Assembly: GCA_052147455.1 (NCBI GenBank)
Contig: JBKQKO010000001.1
Coordinates: 9,379 to 73,378 of the forward strand
Reading direction: 5' to 3'
From: Desulfobaccales bacterium
Lineage (GTDB): Bacteria; Desulfobacterota; Desulfobaccia; Desulfobaccales; 0-14-0-80-60-11
DNA: 64,000 nucleotides
Part shown: positions 1-8,159 of the stretch, one piece after another
Position numbering within the stretch: the first letter of the stretch is position 1
How the letters are laid out: each line of letters starts with the position of its first letter
Program-made: the position numbers and the translations under genes
Notes under the pieces: generated by a model
Seen by the model: the letters and a program-made list of their open reading frames with translations, nothing else
Told to the model about the DNA's origin: nothing
The model's database searches: none

Positions 1-576
1 GTGGTGGGGGAAGCCAACGACGGTTTCGAGTTGATTGCACTCTTGAAAACGACCTCTCCCCAACTGGTTATTCTGGACATCTCCATGCCCAATTTGCGCG
101 GCCTGGAGGCGACCCGGGAGATCAAGATCATCAATCCGGAAGTCAAGGTCTTGATCCTGACCATGCACAAAGACCAGGAATATCTGTATCACGCCTTGGC
201 GGCCGGGGCGGAGGGCTATCTGCTCAAGGAGGATGCCGACAGTGAGCTGATCTCTGCCATCGACACCCTTAGGAAAGGGGGCACCTATATCTCGCCGCTG
301 CTGGCCCCCCAGTTGGCGGACCTGTTCAAGGAAAAATCCCGGCCCGCCGGGGAGCAGGCGGCCAGTTCGGGTCAGCATCTCACCACCCGGGAGCGGGAGA
401 TCATCAAGCTCATCGCCGAAGGCAAATCCAGCAAGGAAATGGGCGAATTGCTGTTCATCAGCAGCCGCACGGTGCAACACCACCGCGCCAACATCATGAG
501 GAAGTTGAATGTCAAGAAGACCGCGGACCTGGTGAAATACGCCATTCAGAAAGGTTACACCACCACCGCCGCCTGA
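1..576 (+). CDS. NarL/FixJ-family response regulator (REC + LuxR-type HTH), 5' end cut by window edge
   Basis: The receiver core is present (LVILDISMP acceptor Asp, VLILTMH, GYLLKED). A C-terminal LuxR HTH follows (TTREREIIKLIAEGKSSKEMGELLFISSRTVQHHRANIMRKL). The first ~45 aa of a normal receiver are missing. Confidence 0.85.
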   Translation: MVGEANDGFELIALLKTTSPQLVILDISMPNLRGLEATREIKIINPEVKVLILTMHKDQEYLYHALAAGAEGYLLKEDADSELISAIDTLRKGGTYISPLLAPQLADLFKEKSRPAGEQAASSGQHLTTREREIIKLIAEGKSSKEMGELLFISSRTVQHHRANIMRKLNVKKTADLVKYAIQKGYTTTAA

Positions 577-620
577 CCCTGACCCTGTCCCTGACCCTGA
601 CCCTGACCCTGACCCTGACC
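572..620. repeat. (CCCTGA)n hexanucleotide tandem repeat, about 8 units with one CCCTGT variant
   Basis: Read directly from the sequence. The tract begins inside the TGA stop (574-576) of the response regulator gene. Confidence 0.9.
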
Positions 621-984
621 AAGAACTCTCCGGCGGCGCCTGCTTTCCGTCCGCCGCACCCTTCCCCCTCCCCGGAAATGATAGGTGCAGCAGCAAGCTG
701 TGGGAGCGACTGGTGAGCGAAACGAGTCACGACCGCGCCTAATTTAGGTACTTTTACCCATCCCCATATAGGTATTTCTGCCAATTTATTTCATCCCAGC
801 TCTTCGATATTCTCTAAACCAGCATCCCGGCCCGCGATCCTGATGTAGGCAGTTCTGCCCATATGAAAATAGGCACAAATGCCGATTGACCTCTTCTCCG
901 AAAGGAGGTTTGATGAGAGCGTATCCCCAAGCGGGCCTATTCACCATCTAAAGCTAAACCGGCGAAGTAAAGGAGATTAGAAGG

Positions 985-2103
985 ATGGCTACCTACGAAA
1001 TTCTATTATTGGGTGACGGATCACATCTGTTTCGGACAATCGCCTGGGTCTTGGAATACAAAGGATACGCAGTCAGGGCGGCGGCCAGCCCCGAGGCGGC
1101 CCTGGAAGCCCTGGTAAAAAAGAATTATGACCTGGTGCTCGCCAAGCTCAACATGGGGGAACTGGACGGCATCGAGGTCTTAAAGCGGGCCAAACGGTTG
1201 AACCCGGAGGTGAAGGTCATGGTGGTCAGCGGCAACCATGAGGTCACCTTCCCACGGGAAGCCTATCAGATTGAGGTGGACGATTATCTCCTGATGCCGG
1301 TAAGTCCCACCGAGCTGTGGCGGCGAGTCAGCCACTGTCTGGAAAGCCTGGACATCGTCGATTTGGTTCCGGCCGCGAGCCTGGCGGCGCAACCCGCCAC
1401 CGCAGTCAACGAGCGGGCCCTGGATCGCTTGATGATGATCTTTCACGACCTGCGGGGCTCCATGGTATCCACCGCCGCCTCTATGAAGCTCCTGGTCCGG
1501 GGCACCTTCGGGGAGGTGGGCGGAGCCGCCCTGGAAAAGCTGCAGGAAGTCTCCGGCAACATGGATAGATTGATTTGCTTCACCGAAGAGTTCATGACTA
1601 AGGCCTTCCCCCGCGCCGCCGACCAGGAGATGGAAAAGGAGATGCTGGACCTGCGGCATGACGTGGTGGCTCCGGTCCTGGAGGAGCTAGGGGCGGAACT
1701 CCGTAACCACCAGATAAACCTGGACAATCGTCTGGAACGGCGTCCCGCCGCGGTCATCCCGGTGCAGGGCGGCAAGTTGTGGCTCAAGAGCGTCTTCCGA
1801 AATCTGATCAATAACGCCATCAGACACGGAGGCGCCGGTTGCACCATTGTCATTGATTGGCAAAAGCAGGGGGCCAATTGCCGTCTCAATGTTTACAACA
1901 CCGGCAAGCCGGTGCCTGAGAAGGACCGTTCCATGCTGTTTTCCAATTTCGCCAAAAAGATGCAGCGGGCCAAAGGCGATGGCTCGGGCATGGGACTGGG
2001 CCTATATCTCAGCCGGGACATCGTCTCCCAGTACGGCGGCGACCTTCGTTACGAACCGAGGCAAGACGGTTCCAACTTCGTGGTGACCTTGCCCCAAGGC
2101 TGA
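985..2103 (+). CDS. Hybrid receiver-histidine kinase with an atypical (pseudo-)receiver
   Basis: AAGGAG lies upstream of the ATG. The N-terminal domain is CheY-like. It is followed by an H-box (FHDLRGSMVST), an N-box (NLINNAIRHG) and a G-box (GSGMGLGLYLSRDIV). The acceptor position reads DLVLAKLNM and the conserved Lys position reads DYLLMPV. Confidence 0.8.
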   Translation: MATYEILLLGDGSHLFRTIAWVLEYKGYAVRAAASPEAALEALVKKNYDLVLAKLNMGELDGIEVLKRAKRLNPEVKVMVVSGNHEVTFPREAYQIEVDDYLLMPVSPTELWRRVSHCLESLDIVDLVPAASLAAQPATAVNERALDRLMMIFHDLRGSMVSTAASMKLLVRGTFGEVGGAALEKLQEVSGNMDRLICFTEEFMTKAFPRAADQEMEKEMLDLRHDVVAPVLEELGAELRNHQINLDNRLERRPAAVIPVQGGKLWLKSVFRNLINNAIRHGGAGCTIVIDWQKQGANCRLNVYNTGKPVPEKDRSMLFSNFAKKMQRAKGDGSGMGLGLYLSRDIVSQYGGDLRYEPRQDGSNFVVTLPQG

Positions 2104-2234
2104 GGTGAGCGCTCCCCCTGAGAAGGGAGGGGGGTGCGCCCGGAACCGCGGAGAGGGTAGGGGGAAGTGCCGCATTTTCTGAGTGCCCTGGGAAATGGCA
2201 TTGCGGGTTATTGAAAGTTAGTGGCAAGCAGGAG

Positions 2235-2270
2235 CGGAACGGACGGGGGGCCCGCCGTTCCGTCTTTTTT
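2235..2270 (+). terminator. Rho-independent terminator candidate after the kinase gene
   Basis: An 11-bp GC-rich stem (CGGAACGGACGG / CCGCCGTTCCG, one bulge) is followed by TCTTTTTT. Confidence 0.6.
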
Positions 2271-2456
2271 GCGGGAAGGGGCTCACGACTGCCCGCCGGA
2301 ATCATCCCTGTTGCCCCTGAAGGCTGTTGGTCCGCCGCAGGGTCTCGGGCCCCGGAAACCCGGAACTGGGGCCAGGCCCATCCAGAAAGGGATTGACCCG
2401 GGGAGGTTTAGAGGTTATTTTATAAATACTTCGAATAGCCTGAGGCGGGCGGCGGC

Positions 2457-3188
2457 ATGTCCAAGATTGCCAGTTATTTCAACAAAGCAGACCGTAAAAA
2501 GCTCTTCTTTGATTACCTTAAGCTCATCGGCATCCTGGAGATCGTCATTTTTATCGTGGTGGTGCTCTGGGCTTCGGATGATAAGTACCACCGGGTGCAG
2601 ACCGCTTTTCCCTGGCGGGAGTATGTCTTTGTGGCCTTCGCCTTCCCCATTGTAGTCACCTTTCTCATGGGGGTCATCGTTACCGGCTTCAACCACTTTT
2701 TGGGGGAGCCGGAAGTGCAGACCGGGGAAGGCGAGGCATCCGGCTCCCAGATGGAAGCGGTAATCTTCCATCTCAAGCGCTTGCCCTATCTGGCCATTCT
2801 CTTCCTGCTGCTGGTGACCGTGCTGGCCCTGTACAACATGAACCACATCATGGCCTGGCTGAGTTCCCTGGGCTATAACGCCTTTCTCTTCCTCAGTTAC
2901 GTGCTAGCGGGGCTGGGCCTCATCGTGGTCATCTACATGATGTTCTTCCTGTTTTTCAAATACCGCCTCAACCAGCGGCACTTGCAATACCAGTATTACA
3001 CCAATATTTCCGAGCGCCACGGTTTGATTATCCTGGATGATCACACCGTGCTGCATAAGAGCGGCAGCCTATTGGTGCAGGGGCGCCGCTGGCGGCGGCC
3101 CAAGCAGGTGGCCACCGTGGTTTCCCAGACTGAGTTGGCGGCGCCGGCGCCCCAGGGCGGAGACCAACTGCCGGTGGGCAAGTCCTGA
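2457..3188 (+). CDS. Hypothetical polytopic membrane protein
   Basis: The 243-aa ORF has 4-5 hydrophobic helices (ILEIVIFIVVVLW, VFVAFAFPIVVTFLMGVIVTGF, LAILFLLLVTVLALY, LAGLGLIVVIYMMFFLFF). Its stop overlaps the next start (TGATG at 3186-3190). I recognise no family. Confidence 0.6.
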   Translation: MSKIASYFNKADRKKLFFDYLKLIGILEIVIFIVVVLWASDDKYHRVQTAFPWREYVFVAFAFPIVVTFLMGVIVTGFNHFLGEPEVQTGEGEASGSQMEAVIFHLKRLPYLAILFLLLVTVLALYNMNHIMAWLSSLGYNAFLFLSYVLAGLGLIVVIYMMFFLFFKYRLNQRHLQYQYYTNISERHGLIILDDHTVLHKSGSLLVQGRRWRRPKQVATVVSQTELAAPAPQGGDQLPVGKS

Positions 3189-4015
3189 TGCCGGATGGCT
3201 CGCCGGGCCTGGGCGCCACCGGGCCTTGCCGGATGCTGTTATTGGCCGCGCTTCCTTGGGAAGTGCGGCCTTTTTTGGGTCGCAGCCGGTCCCGGCGCCG
3301 CCGGGCCGGGGTGGAAGGCCCGGCCTGGGAATTGGCGGTGGGACCGGGGTGGGGGCTGCTGGCCCTCACGGGGCTGGGCGCCGAGGCGGCCCGCCAGACG
3401 GCTTTCCGCCTGGTTAGCCGTCTCCGCCCCCGCCTGCTGCTCTCCCTGGGGTTCGGCGGCGCCGTCAGCCCGGAGCTGAGCCCCGGAGACCTGGTCCTGG
3501 GAGAATATTTCGCCAATTACGATCCGCTGACCCGGCTGCTGCAGCCGGTGGCGGCGCCGCCGCCGCCCCGGCCCTTGCCGGAGCTGCTCCGGGCCCTGGC
3601 CGCGGCGGGGCCTCCAGCCTTTGCCGGCAGTATCATCACCACGCCCTGGATTATACGCAAGAACGGCCTGGGGGAAGCCCTGGCGCGGCTGAGCCGGCCG
3701 GTGCTGGACCTGGAGACCGCCGCGGTGGCTGAAGTGGCCCGAGCCGAGGGCCTTCCTTTCCTGGGCCTGCGGGCGATTACCGATGCCGCGGCTGAGGAGA
3801 TCCCCGAGTTTCTGGCGCGGCCCCAGCCGAACCCCGGAACCCCCGGATGGATGGACGCCCTGGGCTGGCTGGCGGGGGACCCCCGCCGCATGGCGGACCT
3901 GCTCCACCTCTGGCGTCGCAGCCGGCTGGCCGCGGCGCGGCTGGCCCAGGCCCTCCAGGTCCTGCTACCGCACTTGGCCGGAGGCGGGCAGGTGATTGAG
4001 GGCCAGCCAGGTTAG
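3188..4015 (+). CDS. PNP/UDP-family nucleosidase/phosphorylase (MTA/SAH-nucleosidase or HpnG-like)
   Basis: Motifs are LLLSLGFGGAVSPELSPGDLVLG and LDLETAAVAEVARAEGLPFLGLRAITD. The subfamily cannot be resolved by eye. Confidence 0.6.
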   Translation: MPDGSPGLGATGPCRMLLLAALPWEVRPFLGRSRSRRRRAGVEGPAWELAVGPGWGLLALTGLGAEAARQTAFRLVSRLRPRLLLSLGFGGAVSPELSPGDLVLGEYFANYDPLTRLLQPVAAPPPPRPLPELLRALAAAGPPAFAGSIITTPWIIRKNGLGEALARLSRPVLDLETAAVAEVARAEGLPFLGLRAITDAAAEEIPEFLARPQPNPGTPGWMDALGWLAGDPRRMADLLHLWRRSRLAAARLAQALQVLLPHLAGGGQVIEGQPG

Positions 4016-4357
4016 AAACGGCAGGTAGATAAAGACTCCCACCCAGCCCAGGCAGGTCTCGCCGATGAGAAAGGTCATCCCCAGGTTAAATCCCAGGATT
4101 CCCAAATAGAGGGTGGGCCCCAGCAGGGCCTGGCTGGGAAAGGTCCGGCGTCCCCAATCCCGGATATGGGCCGGGGCAGGGGCGCTGGCCAGGTACTGCA
4201 GCGCCCGGATGAGGATCAGGGCCACCAGGAACCAGCCGGCAAAGTTGCTCAAGGGGACGCCAAAATAGACGCCGCCTTCCGGGTAGCCGTAGGTCTGACC
4301 CAGGAACCAGCGGTAGCCCCGCAGGGCCGCGGGGCGATAGTGCCGCAGGTCAGAGGA
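3965..4357 (-). pseudogene. C-terminal remnant of a polytopic membrane protein (possibly CruF/DUF422-like)
   Basis: The minus frame is open from 4357, bounded by an upstream in-frame TAG at 4358-4360. The only in-frame start is TTG at 4252. The translation reads ...RGYRWFLGQTYGYPEGGVYFGVPLSNFAGWFLVALILIRAL... and no N-terminal half is present. There is a 51-bp convergent overlap with 3188-4015. Confidence 0.35.
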
Positions 4358-4572
4358 CTAAAAAGAGGCGGCGGGCACGGAGGTCCGCCCCACCGGGATG
4401 AGCCGTCATTTTTCACCGCTTTAGGGGTTATGGTTACTGAAGGTGAGAGGGGAGGGCGATACGGCCAGCGGGGGAAAAATGGCGGCAGGAAAATTATAAT
4501 CCATCCGGTTTCTTGGTTGCCAGGTGTATAATCATAAAATTTAGCGAGCTGTCGATAGATCGAGGACTGGAA

Positions 4573-5673
4573 ATGAAACGAATCTTCAAGCTATTGTTCC
4601 TGCTGTGCAAGTGGGTCATCGCCGGCGTCATCCTGGTGGAGCTCACCAGCTTCCTGATCATCTGCGGGAGCAACTACTGGATTTACGGGCAACTCCGGGA
4701 TGGGGAGATAGTCAGCTACGACCCCTACGCCCTGTTTCTGGAGGGGGTGCGGCCCACCCTGAACAATCCCGCGGCGCCGGGGCCGGGGGCCTGGACCTTC
4801 TGGCTGTTCGGCGGGTCCACCATGCGGGGACCCAACCCCATCGACGCCCACACCATTCCCAGCTTCCTGGCCCGGGACTGGAACCGGGAGGAGCCGGACC
4901 GGCCGGCCACCATGGTCAACTTTGGGCAAGACGGTTTCAATTCGCTGATGGAAACCAAGTACCTGCAGAAGCTCCTCATCGAAAAGCGTCCCCCGTCCCT
5001 GATCGTCTTTTACGACGGCGGCAACGACTCCGCTTATTTCGCCCAGGACCGCAACGCTTATGGCCACCAGGGCTACGAACGGGTGCGGGGCATGATCGAG
5101 GATTACCACCGCAGCTTTTTCGGATTGCTGAAGCCCCTGAATGCGGCCATGTGGTCTTCTTTCACCCATGAACTTTATGACAAAATGAGGCAGGGCGTCC
5201 TGCACATCGACCCAGAGGACCCGGATCTGCGGCGATTTGCGGACAGTTGCGCCCAGCGGTACGATTACCTCGATAAGCTGGCCGCCGGCTTCGGGGCCAA
5301 ATTCCTGCTGGTCTATCAGCCTTGCTGGTGGGCGGAGACCAAGCCGGTGGCCGCCACGGTCCTGGCGCAGGAAGACGTGGTCCTGGGAAAAAAACTGGCC
5401 ATGCGCGATAATTTTATAGTGTGTTATCAGGCCCTGGTGAGCCGGCTACAGGGGAAGCCCTATTTCATCAATTTTCGTGACCTCCTGAGCGACCGACGGG
5501 AGCCCCTTTATGAACCGGACGGCATCCACCTCGTGGACGCGGGCTCGGAGATCGTGGCCAGCCGCCTGGAAGAGGTCTTGAAGGAGCGACTCCTGGCCGG
5601 GGCGGCCCCGGGCAAGCCTCTGGCGGGGATGCCCCAAGATTTTTTAAGAAGCGAGGCTCAGAAAAAATTCTGA
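4573..5673 (+). CDS. Membrane-anchored SGNH/GDSL-family hydrolase
   Basis: An N-terminal TM helix is followed by SGNH blocks FGGSTM, FGQDGFNS, FYDGGNDS and PDGIHLVDAG. I moved the start to ATG 4573 (MKRIFKLL). Confidence 0.7.
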   Translation: MKRIFKLLFLLCKWVIAGVILVELTSFLIICGSNYWIYGQLRDGEIVSYDPYALFLEGVRPTLNNPAAPGPGAWTFWLFGGSTMRGPNPIDAHTIPSFLARDWNREEPDRPATMVNFGQDGFNSLMETKYLQKLLIEKRPPSLIVFYDGGNDSAYFAQDRNAYGHQGYERVRGMIEDYHRSFFGLLKPLNAAMWSSFTHELYDKMRQGVLHIDPEDPDLRRFADSCAQRYDYLDKLAAGFGAKFLLVYQPCWWAETKPVAATVLAQEDVVLGKKLAMRDNFIVCYQALVSRLQGKPYFINFRDLLSDRREPLYEPDGIHLVDAGSEIVASRLEEVLKERLLAGAAPGKPLAGMPQDFLRSEAQKKF

Positions 5674-5969
5674 CCTGCTCATCTGATCGAGGCCGGCACT
5701 CCTAAGAAAGCTGCGGTTTGCCGCCGGGCCATTTTGAATGATCTTGGTGCTATCCTGCGTCCTGCAAGATGAGTTGGCTGCAAAAAAAGGAGCCTCTTCG
5801 GGATGGAACCCGGGAGGGGAGGCCTAAAAACCATTTATTAACCGGGATGACCCGGACTGCCGTATAATCTCCGATAACCTGCCTGCCTTCTCAGTCGATT
5901 CCTTTCGCCTGAGGAGCTTGCTCTGGTAGAAACTACCGGGCATCTCCCTCGCTAAAGAAGCTGTTATCT

Positions 5970-6050
5970 GGTTTCGGTTTTCTGTGAAGTCAAAGGCAAA
6001 ATCAAAGGCAAAGGCCCCCTGGCAGAGACAGAAAACGGAAAACGGAAAAC
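5970..6050. repeat. Dispersed ~75-bp repeat, copy A (GGTTTYGGTTTTC-GTGAAGTCAAAGGCAAAATCAAMGGCAARGGCC...CAGAGACAGAAAAC)
   Basis: It is near-identical to 9941-10007, and both copies are intergenic. Confidence 0.8.
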
Positions 6051-6073
6051 AGCAATTTAAGATTAGAGGCTGC

Positions 6074-8038
6074 ATGCCACACCGTCGCTGGAAAATAATA
6101 GCCTGCCTCTTCCTGGTCGTGGCCACGTTGGCCGTCTATGCGGAGGTAAAAAACCACCAGTTTGTCAATTACGATGACGTTCTTTTCGTCACTGATAATC
6201 CTACGGTCCAGGGTGGCCTCACCCTGCATGGGCTTATCGGGGCTTTTACCTCTGCCTGTGCCGGCTTATGGCTTCCGTTGACCATGCTCTCCCACATGCT
6301 GGACTGCCAGCTCTTCGGATTGCATCCCGGGGGGCATCACCTCACCAGTTTACTCTTCCACATTGCCAATACCCTGCTGTTATTTCTGTGGCTCCAGCGG
6401 ACCACCGGGGCCTTGGGACCCAGTTTCCTGGTGGCCGCCCTCTTTGGCCTGCACCCCCTGCACGTGGAGTCGGTGGCCTGGGTGGCCGAACGGAAGGATG
6501 TCCTGAGCACCTTTTTCTGGCTGCTCACCATGTGGGCTTACGTCTGGTACGTGGAGGCCCCGGGGTTAGGGCGATACCTCTTGACCCTGGTCTGCTTTAT
6601 TCTTGGGCTGATGGCCAAGCCCATGCTGGTGACCCTGCCTTTGGTCCTCCTGCTGTTGGACTACTGGCCTCTGCATCGCTGGACGCTAAACCGCTCCGCC
6701 GCAGTTAGCCGATCCAAGGGCCGCTCCAGGGTCTCTCCGGACAAAAAAACCCATCCAGGGGTTTCCATCAAGCGCCTGGTTTGGGAAAAAGCCCCCCTGT
6801 TTGCTCTGGCGGCGCTTTTCAGCATTGTGGCTTTCTTTGCCGAAAAAGAAATTGGCGCGGTAGCGTCGCTGCAGGATCTTGCCTTAACGAGCCGCCTCGC
6901 CAATGCTATGGTGGCCTACGTGAGCTATCTGGGTCAGATGTTCTGGCCCACGCACCTGGCCATTCTTTACCCCCTGCCGAGGCATAATCTGCCCATATGG
7001 CAGGCGCTGGCGGCCGGTTTGGCCCTGGCGGTTCTAACCCTTCTGGCTCTTCGGCAGGCCCGGCGGCATCCCTATCTGCCGGTAGGATGGCTCTGGTACC
7101 TGGGCACCCTGTTGCCAGTCATCGGCCTGGTGCAGCTGGGAGGACAGTCCATGGCGGACCGCTACACCTATGTGCCCTGCATCGGGCTGTTTATCATGGC
7201 AGCCTATGGGATGGCTGACCTTGGGGCCAGATGGCGCGTCCCCAGGTTCCTTTTGCCTGTGGGCGCCGGGTTGGTCTTGTCGGCCTTAATGATCTGCACC
7301 TGGATGCAGGTCGGCTATTGGCGCGATTCCATTTCGCTGTATGAACATACCCTGAAGGTGACCGGGAGCAACCCCCTAATCCAGAGCAATCTGGGGTTCG
7401 CCTTGGCGGCGCAGGGCAAGATGGATCAGGCTGTGGACCAGTATACCGAGGCCCTGCGTCTTCAGCCCGATCTTGCCGATACGCATAATGACCTGGGGAT
7501 GGCCCTGGCGGCGCAGGGGAAGATGGAGCAGGCCCGGGACCAGTTTGCCGAGGCCGTGCGTCTTAAGCCCGGCCTGGCCCGGGCCCATAACAACCTGGGG
7601 CTGGCCCTGGCGGCGCAGGGCCAGCTGGATCAGGCTATGGCCGAGTATGCCGAGGCCCTGCGTCTTAAGCCCGAATTTGCCGAGGCCCATTATAACCTGG
7701 GGCTGGCCTTGGCGGCGCAGGGCAAGCTGGATGAGGCTGTGGCCCAGTATACAGAGGCCCTGCGTCTTCAGCCCGATCTTGCCAAGGCCCATAACAGCCT
7801 GGGGCTGGCCCTGGCGAAACAGGGAAAAATAGATGAAGCCATTGCCCGGTTCCAAAAAGCCATCCAAATAAACCCTGATTTCCCAGGGGCTTACTCCAAT
7901 TTAGGATTAGCTTTGGCGATCCAAGGAAATATTGATAAAGCCATTATTATTTATCAAAATGCTCTCAAAGATAACCCTAATAACCCCAGCGCTCAAAAAA
8001 TGTTAAGTATTTTAAAGGCCCAAAGGTCTAATAATTGA
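6074..8038 (+). CDS. TMTC/PMT_2-like multi-pass membrane protein with C-terminal TPR array
   Basis: I placed the start at ATG 6074 because 5984-6073 is repeat DNA. A ~420-aa polytopic N-domain is followed by about 8 canonical 34-aa TPRs (AxxHxNLGLALAAQGKxDxAxxxYxEALRLxP). Confidence 0.75.
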   Translation: MPHRRWKIIACLFLVVATLAVYAEVKNHQFVNYDDVLFVTDNPTVQGGLTLHGLIGAFTSACAGLWLPLTMLSHMLDCQLFGLHPGGHHLTSLLFHIANTLLLFLWLQRTTGALGPSFLVAALFGLHPLHVESVAWVAERKDVLSTFFWLLTMWAYVWYVEAPGLGRYLLTLVCFILGLMAKPMLVTLPLVLLLLDYWPLHRWTLNRSAAVSRSKGRSRVSPDKKTHPGVSIKRLVWEKAPLFALAALFSIVAFFAEKEIGAVASLQDLALTSRLANAMVAYVSYLGQMFWPTHLAILYPLPRHNLPIWQALAAGLALAVLTLLALRQARRHPYLPVGWLWYLGTLLPVIGLVQLGGQSMADRYTYVPCIGLFIMAAYGMADLGARWRVPRFLLPVGAGLVLSALMICTWMQVGYWRDSISLYEHTLKVTGSNPLIQSNLGFALAAQGKMDQAVDQYTEALRLQPDLADTHNDLGMALAAQGKMEQARDQFAEAVRLKPGLARAHNNLGLALAAQGQLDQAMAEYAEALRLKPEFAEAHYNLGLALAAQGKLDEAVAQYTEALRLQPDLAKAHNSLGLALAKQGKIDEAIARFQKAIQINPDFPGAYSNLGLALAIQGNIDKAIIIYQNALKDNPNNPSAQKMLSILKAQRSNN

Positions 8039-8159
8039 TAAAATTAATTATCTCTTAATCAATTTTAGCAGAGTCGTAATAGCCTTCATGAGACCAAACA
8101 TGCCCCCACCTATACTAAAACCGGAACGGGCCGCCTGGAGGCGGGAGGAGGTTCGTTAG

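Noticed and set aside
512-784. A 90-aa minus-strand ORF containing VRVRVRVRDRVRV
   Set aside because: It is a translation of the (CCCTGA)n microsatellite and of the antisense of the regulator gene.
5984-6073. N-terminal extension MKSKAKSKAKAPWQRQKTENGKQQFKIRGC of the TPR membrane protein
   Set aside because: This stretch is a dispersed repeat (also at 9941-10007) plus heptamers. The real start is more likely ATG 6074, directly before the first TM helix.
7376-7867. DNA-level ~102-bp periodic repeats and their antisense ORFs
   Set aside because: They are explained by the tandem 34-aa TPR units of the 6074-8038 gene, not by an independent repeat element.
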